From: a virus
Lineage: Duplodnaviria; Caudoviricetes
IMG/VR virus record: IMGVR_UViG_3300043372_000085
Span: 1 to 38,004 of that record
Length of the DNA stretch: 38,004 nucleotides
Direction: 5' to 3' (one strand)
The notes under the pieces are model-generated. The model had not been told where the DNA came from. It did no database searches and saw nothing but the letters and a program-made list of their open reading frames with translations. Shown one piece after another: positions 17,306-24,449 of this stretch. Both the position numbers and the translations under genes were made by a program. How positions within the stretch are numbered: the first letter of the stretch is position 1; each line of letters begins with the position of its first letter.

Positions 17306-17617
17306 CTACGCTTTGTAGGCGATAACCAAGCCACTTGTAATTGTGATGGCTCTAAAATCTCCGTAAATGATTGTGCCAGCAGTGTAGGTAGTTTGGAGAC
17401 TCGCAACACCAGTAATTCCAGGAGCCGTTAAAACAGTCACTACGGTAGAAGCCAAAAACTGAAGAGCGACAAAAGTTCCGCTAGCATTGGTCGACCCAGT
17501 AAGCACCACGGATCCATTCTGACCAAGAGCCTGACGAGAAATCTCATTCGCTTTATTAGCCGCCCTCTGGACATCGTCCAAGGGTAGCGGTGCTGTGCCT
17601 TCGGGATATAGTGCCAT
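17306..17617 (-). CDS. Small beta-rich putative structural protein
   Basis: AAGGAG SD 6 nt upstream; post-capsid cluster; beta-strand composition ending ITSGLVIAYKA. Confidence 0.65.
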   Translation of the reverse strand: MALYPEGTAPLPLDDVQRAANKANEISRQALGQNGSVVLTGSTNASGTFVALQFLASTVVTVLTAPGITGVASLQTTYTAGTIIYGDFRAITITSGLVIAYKA

Positions 17618-17630
17618 AAGTTACTCCTTC

Positions 17631-18227
17631 TTAAGAATACAATTCGCCTTGTATAAAAACTGACCCCAGCATAATAGTTTGAGTACCACCAGCCCTAGCT
17701 GGGTTGACTACTGTAAAGTCAACGGTGTCGGTTGCTATTTTTCTGGCTGTACTCCCGCCACCAAAACTACCGCCAGCCATAATTACATCCCCAACAGCGT
17801 GAACTCGGGTAGCGGACAATGCCAAAGCGTTACATAATTTTATACCCGAGCCGTTAGTAACTTCAAATTCCGGAGCCGTAGTAAACGCTACGCTCTGGTT
17901 GGTGCTTGTGATGATCACCTTGACGGAACTTGCTGTGAAAAAGAACCCAGCCGGAACGGGGAACAGAACGGTGTTTGATGTAACCGCAGCTAAAAGGTTT
18001 ACTCCGTCGGCTCTAAAATAAGCTGATTTCGGAACTATATTAACATTATTTGTAACTAACGAAACAGCACCAATCGAAGCTGGGGTAACGGGATCAGAAC
18101 CACCTGTCGCATGTGTAGAGGCGTGAGCTGGCAAATTAACAAGCTGATCAACATTGATCTGCCCGAAAGCGATTGCCCTATTATATTGATCAACCCATTC
18201 TCCACCGGCTGGTGCGTTTGTCTGCAT
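17631..18227 (-). CDS. Putative head decoration/fibre protein
   Basis: AAGGAG SD; HASTHATGGSDPVTPASIGA fibre-like motif; beta-rich C-terminal domain. Confidence 0.6.
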   Translation of the reverse strand: MQTNAPAGGEWVDQYNRAIAFGQINVDQLVNLPAHASTHATGGSDPVTPASIGAVSLVTNNVNIVPKSAYFRADGVNLLAAVTSNTVLFPVPAGFFFTASSVKVIITSTNQSVAFTTAPEFEVTNGSGIKLCNALALSATRVHAVGDVIMAGGSFGGGSTARKIATDTVDFTVVNPARAGGTQTIMLGSVFIQGELYS

Positions 18228-18237
18228 TTATATCTCC

Positions 18238-18552
18238 TTAAGTTACGGTCGTTACGAGCTGGCCAGCAGCACCTGCCCTATTACACTCTAACACAAAACT
18301 ATTGCTGGCTCTCGCGTAAGTATCTGTGTTCGCAATCAAACTCGGGTTCAAGATTTGAGCATTGGTAACTTGGCCGGAACCAACTGCCCTTTGGAAATTA
18401 CGAACGAATTCATCCGACGCTGGATAATAACTACTGCCTTGGAGATTTTCTCCGGAAGTACCACGCAATTGAGCGCGGGTAATCTGACCGAACAGTAAAG
18501 CCCTTCGGAGTTGGCTTACGAACTCGATGTTTGCTTGAGTTGGTTCTGACAT
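18238..18552 (-). CDS. Hypothetical protein with three internal FVxxxxRAxxxGQ repeats
   Basis: AAGGAG SD; EFVSQLRRALLFGQI / EFVRNFQRAVGSGQV / SFVLECNRAGAAGQL. Confidence 0.7.
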   Translation of the reverse strand: MSEPTQANIEFVSQLRRALLFGQITRAQLRGTSGENLQGSSYYPASDEFVRNFQRAVGSGQVTNAQILNPSLIANTDTYARASNSFVLECNRAGAAGQLVTTVT

Positions 18553-18830
18553 AGTTTCTCTCTCCTTCTATTCCTTATAGACCTCAGTTTGTCAATCTTT
18601 CCTTTTACTTTTCTTTCAATAGCTTGGGCAGATATTTTTATATTGGAAACTTCGCACAGCCCAGGAACTTGATCGAAAAATAAATCAAAATGTAAAGGCG
18701 TAAAGTAGTTCTTAGGGTCTAGTTTACGGCCAACAGGTGCGGTAAGGGCGAAGTCCAGATCATGGAGTCCCTGCTCGACAATCGCGCAGACAAACTCAGT
18801 CCAGCCTTCGCCCCTTACCTCACGCTTCAC
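18516..18830 (-). CDS. Hypothetical protein, basic C-terminus
   Basis: GTG start abuts the upstream stop; AIVEQGLHD...FF pattern reminiscent of small helical phage proteins. Confidence 0.55.
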   Translation of the reverse strand: MKREVRGEGWTEFVCAIVEQGLHDLDFALTAPVGRKLDPKNYFTPLHFDLFFDQVPGLCEVSNIKISAQAIERKVKGKIDKLRSIRNRRREKLCQNQLKQTSSS

Positions 18831-19175
18831 TTACGCCATCTTTCCTTCGGGCATGACGCCCATCTCAATAGCATCAGCAAACCCAGCTTCGGCGGGAGCC
18901 TTACTGGTCTCTTCCATTTCCATTTCCATTTCGGGCATCTCAGCCTCAGCACCTTCGATAGAAACCAAATCCAAAGTTTTGCCGCCGTGTTTAAACGAGG
19001 CCATAGCTTCGAACGTGTCTCCCTCGACAACGCCTTCAGGCGGAGTAAAACCCTTCGGGACTGCAAATGTAGCAATCTTCATATTTTTATCTCCTTGTTT
19101 AGGAGCGACAGCAATAACGATCATGGCGGGGCCACGACCTTTTTTCGCCATACACTCAGAACATCCGCAATGCAT
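18831..19175 (-). CDS. Acidic hypothetical protein, two possible starts (19175 or SD-led 19082)
   Basis: First gene after the capsid terminator; in-frame AAGGAG-N8-ATG at 19082. Confidence 0.65.
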   Translation of the reverse strand: MHCGCSECMAKKGRGPAMIVIAVAPKQGDKNMKIATFAVPKGFTPPEGVVEGDTFEAMASFKHGGKTLDLVSIEGAEAEMPEMEMEMEETSKAPAEAGFADAIEMGVMPEGKMA

Positions 19176-19181
19176 AATTAC

Positions 19182-19223
19182 AAAAAGAAAGGAGGCGCAG
19201 GGATAGAACCTACGCCCCCCTTC
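19182..19223 (-). terminator. Intrinsic terminator after major capsid gene
   Basis: GAAGGGGGGCGTAGG-TTCTATC-CCTGCGCCTCCTTTC followed by TTTTT. Confidence 0.85.
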
Positions 19224-19239
19224 AATTCAATTACTCAGC

Positions 19240-20505
19240 TTATGAGTAGCAACCAACGAGGCCGAAGTCGGCCGCGCAGCGCTTGTGGCGGATAACCACA
19301 CCGAGTTCGGGACGAACGGGTTTCGAGCCGGAGCTAAAGATAGCCCGGAAGAATCCGATCGTACCGTCTGGGTTACAATCCCGGCTGGGGATATTCCGCC
19401 AGCGGAAGTCACCGCGGTAGCTCTGCGGGTCGAATGCCATAGCTCCGGTGGAGCTGATGGGCTTCGCGACCAGCGAAGTAAACACGTCGGGATGGAAGAT
19501 AATAGAATCTTCGTATTCCGCAGTGTAGTACGCGGGATTCGGGATGAACCGAGTGCCCTTCGATGCGTTAGCATCTGTGGCATACGGGTTACGGCGAACA
19601 AACGCACCGCCGACGAAGTCGTAGCGAGGAGTCATGGTGTCTACCAAATGGTAGAAACCAGCATAGCTACGTTCTACGCCGAGAGGCTGAATCAGTTCGC
19701 TTGGTTTGGCGAAACGCAGATCCTGACGGATATCCGCGTTGAGCTTGATCAAGTCATCAGAAGCCTCGGGGGAGGTGACGAGCAAGAATACGGGAGCTCC
19801 GTTTTCCTTGCCGTACGCATTCTGACCAGCGCCGTCACGAATCAACCGAGAGTAGAAGTACCGCAGGATTCCCTGGGTCAACCGGCTCGTAGGCAGATTG
19901 GAAGTGCTGAAAGAACCCTTGACCTGCCCAGAGGCTGCCAAGAGTTCAGTCTGATTAGCGTTTACGTTGTAGTTAGCGAGACGAGCGTACTCGTCACGGT
20001 AGCGGTTTTCCCAAGCATACTGCGTATTCTCACTCAATACTGACATGATATTACGTAGTTGTTCCTGACGACGAACGGGGAACCGAAGGTCGTTCAAGCA
20101 GATGTCGGGGGAGTTGATTGCCGCCTGTTGGAGGTTATAAGTGCGGAGGGTCTGGGCAAAACCGAGGTCATTGCCAGCAATTCCGCAAGTTCCGGGTGAA
20201 ACGCCGCCGCTGTTAAAGTTATTGTTTCCGCCGTTTAAACCAAAGCCAGCCGCGGGAGCGATGACCTGATTAGCGTTAGAAACATTGGCGTTGTAACCAA
20301 CGTCCGAAAAGGTGATCGAACCACCGGAAGCCGGTAGGGTCCGCTCATAGATCAGAACGCTGACAGAAACACCCATTTCATCTGGCCAAGCCTCTTGCTT
20401 AACCAAAGTCGTCCACGGGGACGTGTTTAAAGTCTTCCGATAGATATCCGCACCGATACGGCCGGACTCTGTAATCAGAAGATTCTCAATATTCGTACAA
20501 GGCAT
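19240..20505 (-). CDS. Major capsid protein
   Basis: 421 aa, strong AAAGGAG SD, followed by terminator, downstream of portal/scaffold; visibly biased codon usage. Confidence 0.85.
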   Translation of the reverse strand: MPCTNIENLLITESGRIGADIYRKTLNTSPWTTLVKQEAWPDEMGVSVSVLIYERTLPASGGSITFSDVGYNANVSNANQVIAPAAGFGLNGGNNNFNSGGVSPGTCGIAGNDLGFAQTLRTYNLQQAAINSPDICLNDLRFPVRRQEQLRNIMSVLSENTQYAWENRYRDEYARLANYNVNANQTELLAASGQVKGSFSTSNLPTSRLTQGILRYFYSRLIRDGAGQNAYGKENGAPVFLLVTSPEASDDLIKLNADIRQDLRFAKPSELIQPLGVERSYAGFYHLVDTMTPRYDFVGGAFVRRNPYATDANASKGTRFIPNPAYYTAEYEDSIIFHPDVFTSLVAKPISSTGAMAFDPQSYRGDFRWRNIPSRDCNPDGTIGFFRAIFSSGSKPVRPELGVVIRHKRCAADFGLVGCYS

Positions 20506-20754
20506 ATTATTATCTCCTTTGTTGAAGTAATGATTCAGAAACTTCTCACCACACGATGAGCGTGTTTCCTTATCGTCTTTTTTGTTTCAAGAGCCGGCAA
20601 GCTCTAAAAGGTAGTTGGATATTCGTTAGCCGTCGAATACCGCTTCAGTGTCATTTAAGCGTAGCCTGTAGGGCGCAGGCAAATTAGCCCCATCGCATCG
20701 ACACCTCTGCCAAAGAACTAATACGGGATGTAACTAGTTCTAACGGCGTGTCAA
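20506..20754 (-). promoter_or_regulatory. Capsid promoter (perfect TTGACA at 20754-20749) and long structured 5' leader
   Basis: Longest non-coding gap in the window; at least five inverted repeats; SD at 20514-20520. Confidence 0.6.
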
Positions 20755-20758
20755 TACC

Positions 20759-21454
20759 TTATCCCAAAATACTATCTAACTCGGAGCGGCTACCATCAAT
20801 ACCACCCCATGACCAAAACTGTCTAACGGTGTCCTTACTCTGTCTGGGGTCTCGCCAATCAAACTTATCCCGATGGTGCTTCCAAGCATATGCCCCAAGA
20901 GTGTTATACTCGCTAAATCGACGATCTGGGCGGGTAGCGACAAAAGTATCAAAGGGCATTTTATGGGTGGCCTGGAGGAAGTCCCGCATCTCCTTATATA
21001 CCCACCTAGGGAATGTATGTGGGGGGCGACGCATAAACTCAAATTCCGGCTTCCAGCCCAGAGCTTCCCCCACGATAGGTTGCCAAGGACATTCTCCAAT
21101 CTTGTCGTATGGCTCGTAGTATAGAATAGCTTTTCCATTATGAATGAAATCTTTAGGGGATACGTCGTGCAACCACACGGTATCGGAATCGATATGGCAG
21201 ATGAAGTCCGCGTCGGAATACAAATCAGCGTTTAACTTAGTGACTTGCTGTCCTAAATAATCCTCTGGGTACTTGGGGCAAATATGCACTTTCTCTAAGG
21301 TTAGGTGATTTAGTTCGTGCTGATCCCCGTGAGGTACCACAATATGAATCTGACGAAAGCCTTTAGCCGACTTAGCACAGGACTTCAGACAATACGAAAG
21401 CCACTCGAAGTCTTTCTTGTAGCTTCTGATAAATAGGTCTACAGAGGCTTGCAT
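20759..21454 (-). CDS. GT-A-type glycosyltransferase-like protein (DUF6492-like)
   Basis: N-terminal DLFIRSY strand, QQVTKL, DxD motif HIDSD, FSEYNTLG. Confidence 0.7.
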   Translation of the reverse strand: MQASVDLFIRSYKKDFEWLSYCLKSCAKSAKGFRQIHIVVPHGDQHELNHLTLEKVHICPKYPEDYLGQQVTKLNADLYSDADFICHIDSDTVWLHDVSPKDFIHNGKAILYYEPYDKIGECPWQPIVGEALGWKPEFEFMRRPPHTFPRWVYKEMRDFLQATHKMPFDTFVATRPDRRFSEYNTLGAYAWKHHRDKFDWRDPRQSKDTVRQFWSWGGIDGSRSELDSILG

Positions 21455-22092
21455 AAAAGATCGTATTGGGGACCTTCTTCCGGAGGGAACGATTGTAACT
21501 CGTACCCGAGTTCAGACCTGAGATAAGTGATTAACGAGATCGGCGATTCGTCCCGTTGTTGTAGAGCATGCTCGTTAACCTCGATCCACATGATCGGGCG
21601 ATGCTTAGTTATCGTCTTCTTAGCGCCTTTAAGGGCAGATACCTCGAACCCCTCAACATCTAGCTTAAAGAAATCAAGTCTAGGGAGATCGTATGAGTCT
21701 AGAGCTACGACGAATACAACTCTGTCACCACAAGCTGATATACGACTCGCACCAGCATTCTCTGCTACAGATAAGAATTGGCTACTTGGTTTATCGCTAA
21801 GCCCAGCCTTGATTGTTATAGCCGAGGGGCAATTATAAACTAAACACTCGTAGGCAGACAAGTTGGGCTCGAAGGCGTAGACCCTTCCGCCAGACCCAAC
21901 AGCCCTAGCGTAGGCAACGGTGTGATCCCCAATAAAAGCTCCAGCATCAACGACGTAATCGCCTTCTTTGATGTGCTTTAAAATAATGGGGAGAGAATAT
22001 TCGTCGTGGTCCAACTTCCCGGTCTCTTCGACCCAGCGGGAAATATGTGAATCATTCTCTAGTACGGCTATGTTATTCGGTAGGATCTTCAC
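21439..22092 (-). CDS. FkbM-family SAM-dependent methyltransferase
   Basis: VVDAGAFIGDHT, VYAFEPN, FFKLDVEGFE, LKGAKKTI...RP motifs. Confidence 0.92.
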   Translation of the reverse strand: MKILPNNIAVLENDSHISRWVEETGKLDHDEYSLPIILKHIKEGDYVVDAGAFIGDHTVAYARAVGSGGRVYAFEPNLSAYECLVYNCPSAITIKAGLSDKPSSQFLSVAENAGASRISACGDRVVFVVALDSYDLPRLDFFKLDVEGFEVSALKGAKKTITKHRPIMWIEVNEHALQQRDESPISLITYLRSELGYELQSFPPEEGPQYDLLCKPL

Positions 22093-22831
22093 TTCCAGGT
22101 TTCCTACGCATCCGACGTTTTTTCGGTTTTACTTCGGGAGTCTTAGCTACTTCTACTTTCTCCGGAGACCGACGCTCGCGAAGTCTTTCGATTAGAGTCC
22201 CGTCTTTATTCTGGTGGAACATGACGGCTTCCTTACTGACCATAGCATCAACGCTAGCTTGATCGGGGAACTTAAAGTTACGACCCTCGTCCTTACGCCA
22301 AACGTGCTGAATTGATTTAGTCCAATAGGCTTGTCCAACAATCTGCTCAGCACCTACAACGTCAAACGCAGCGAGATCAGCATGGATAACATTAGAAGCC
22401 CGTTCCATAATATTCTTTGGGTAGATAGCGTTTCCGCTCATATGCTCAGGAGTACCTTCCACTTTAACCTGAGCCCCCATAAAATACTGACCGCAGGTTC
22501 GGTACTCGGAATCGAGAAGATCAACCCAACCAGAAATAAGGGGGATGCAGTCTGGCTCACACCAAAAGTAAGCCTCGGGATTCGGGCCCCAAGTAATATG
22601 CTGGGCTACCCGCTTAAACATATGATTAGGACTCATAGGCCAGCCCCGCTCATCTTGATCGTGCGGTATATACAACTCGTAGTTACGACCCAACTCAGTA
22701 GGGTTTGGGACTGCTCGAGCACAGACAACCATCAAACGATGACTGCCGATACCACCAAGTTCTTCAACCCAATCAAGCCAGCGAACAGCCTGTTCTCGAT
22801 CTTGAGGACCGACTGGCAGTACGACTAGCAT
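22073..22831 (-). CDS. Glycosyltransferase-like protein (GT-A, ExD motif)
   Basis: YFWCEPDCIPL, HMSGNAIYP, late FHQNK; coupled to the scaffold stop by TAATG. Confidence 0.55.
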   Translation of the reverse strand: MLVVLPVGPQDREQAVRWLDWVEELGGIGSHRLMVVCARAVPNPTELGRNYELYIPHDQDERGWPMSPNHMFKRVAQHITWGPNPEAYFWCEPDCIPLISGWVDLLDSEYRTCGQYFMGAQVKVEGTPEHMSGNAIYPKNIMERASNVIHADLAAFDVVGAEQIVGQAYWTKSIQHVWRKDEGRNFKFPDQASVDAMVSKEAVMFHQNKDGTLIERLRERRSPEKVEVAKTPEVKPKKRRMRRKPGSEDPTE

Positions 22832-24123
22832 TAGCGACCCATCGATTTTTCTAATGCTTCTAGGAAACCAACATTGGAGGGGAGGCCGGCAGATTGTTCG
22901 TTATTGCTACTAGCCCCAGCAGTAGGAGTCGCCCCCTGAAGCTTTTGGATTTGAGATTTCAAATCTGCAATTGTAGCATTGCTCTTGTCGGTGAGATCCC
23001 GAACGACTTGAACGGCAAGGGGGAATAGTACCGCTTGGTAGGTAAGGGTTGCCCGTTGTTGGTGATCCAGTGGTTTCTTGTCTAAATAAACGGCTTGCTC
23101 TCGAAGCGCTCTGATTGTGTCATCCCACTCAACTGCCTGACCTCGCTTTAAAATGGGGAAGGAATCCTCGAATTGATTCCAAGTATTTTCGAAGGCCACA
23201 TCAGCCTGCCTATCAAAAGTGAGACGGGCTTCTTGTTCCGCGGCCGTTTCCTGTCTTTCGATATTAGCAAGGGTTTCACTAGCTGACTTAAGCATCTCAT
23301 CTTTCTTGCCCCGTAATTGCTCGATCTCATCCAGTTTAGATTTAACAGCCCATGCGTCCATCGCATCGACACCGGACATAACTTCCTTAAACTCAGCTCT
23401 TCGTTGGGCTGGATCTTGGATATCCAATACTTTAAGAATATCTTTAACTGCCAAACCTTCGTACCCCGCGATGGCGTCAGACAAGCCCTTCTCAGCTTTG
23501 GCTATGGGTTCAGAAATAGAACGCTTGAAATCCCGAGTGCCTTCCAATCGAACCAATGATAACTGCCCTTCGTAATCGGAAACTAATTTACGGGTCTCTT
23601 CAAGTTCAGATTTAATCGACTGTACTTCGGTCGAGGCTTCTGCGTTGCCCGAAGTCCGAGCCTTTTCCAATTCAGACTTAAGAGAAACAAGTTCTTGCTC
23701 AGCGGCTTTAAGAGCTCTCGTCTTAGCGGCAAAAGCTGAATTGGCAGAATTAGTTGCTTTGCCCGGCAGTTTCTCTTCCTCTTTGATATCGCCTTCAGCC
23801 CGACTAACTGTTTTTGTTTTCTCGGCTTCTGGGGTCAGCAAGGAATCAATCAGCTTGGACGGGGTCTTTATTTCCGGAGTTTTAGATAGGTCTGCTTCTT
23901 CCTCGGGAGCTTCCGGAACTTCGGGAGTTTTAACTTCCTGAACTGGAGCCGTAGCCGGAGCCGTAACAGCAGTATTTGTTTCTGGGGCAGTTTTAGTTTC
24001 GGCAGGAGTCTCAATAACTGGATTTTGTGATAGGGGGGTAGCAGAGGCTAGGGGGGATTCCGAATCCCCTAAGGCTGCGGTTAACGCTTCTCCAAATGAC
24101 GAAACTTCGTTTGTGGTTGCCAT
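22831..24123 (-). CDS. Capsid scaffolding protein
   Basis: Acidic low-complexity N-terminus, long coiled coil, short C-terminal amphipathic helix; between portal and capsid. Confidence 0.7.
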   Translation of the reverse strand: MATTNEVSSFGEALTAALGDSESPLASATPLSQNPVIETPAETKTAPETNTAVTAPATAPVQEVKTPEVPEAPEEEADLSKTPEIKTPSKLIDSLLTPEAEKTKTVSRAEGDIKEEEKLPGKATNSANSAFAAKTRALKAAEQELVSLKSELEKARTSGNAEASTEVQSIKSELEETRKLVSDYEGQLSLVRLEGTRDFKRSISEPIAKAEKGLSDAIAGYEGLAVKDILKVLDIQDPAQRRAEFKEVMSGVDAMDAWAVKSKLDEIEQLRGKKDEMLKSASETLANIERQETAAEQEARLTFDRQADVAFENTWNQFEDSFPILKRGQAVEWDDTIRALREQAVYLDKKPLDHQQRATLTYQAVLFPLAVQVVRDLTDKSNATIADLKSQIQKLQGATPTAGASSNNEQSAGLPSNVGFLEALEKSMGR

Positions 24124-24140
24124 ATATTTTACCTCTTAGT

Positions 24141-24422
24141 TTATTGGGTTACGTCTTCCCAAGGTGCTGGCAACTCTTGTGGCTCAGTCTTGGGTGTCTT
24201 TAGCAATTCGATTCCCTTCAAAGCTGCGTACCAACCCTCGTTCCTCGAATGAGCCAATGCCCTAAGCTGAATTGCTTCCCCATGGGCGGGGGTTATCGCA
24301 TTTAATTGGGGCAGTCCCATATGAATCAAAGCAGTCATACCAGCCCTCATGTGGGGCTCGTTCCAAGTTTTTTTCCAAAGCTCTACGTAATCTTCTCGCT
24401 TGCTCCACTCTTGAAATGTCAT
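24141..24422 (-). CDS. Small hypothetical head-module protein
   Basis: 93 aa between portal and scaffold, a position commonly held by a small helical protein in podoviruses. Confidence 0.65.
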   Translation of the reverse strand: MTFQEWSKREDYVELWKKTWNEPHMRAGMTALIHMGLPQLNAITPAHGEAIQLRALAHSRNEGWYAALKGIELLKTPKTEPQELPAPWEDVTQ

Positions 24423-24449
24423 CGATACGTTTGTCGCAGAATCTGAAAA

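Noticed and set aside
19190-19220. tRNA T-arm-like sequence GTAGG-TTCTATC-CCTGC on minus strand (possible tRNA or attP remnant)
   Set aside because: No D or anticodon arm; it is the top of a long hairpin followed by a U-tract directly after the capsid gene, so a terminator explains it; no integrase in the window
19227-19260. Programmed frameshift extension of the capsid protein (T7 10B-like)
   Set aside because: No slippery heptamer near the stop, and a terminator follows within about 20 nt
19285-20043. 252-aa plus-strand ORF antisense to the capsid gene
   Set aside because: Shadow ORF explained by the capsid gene's codon bias; no recognisable motifs or translation signals
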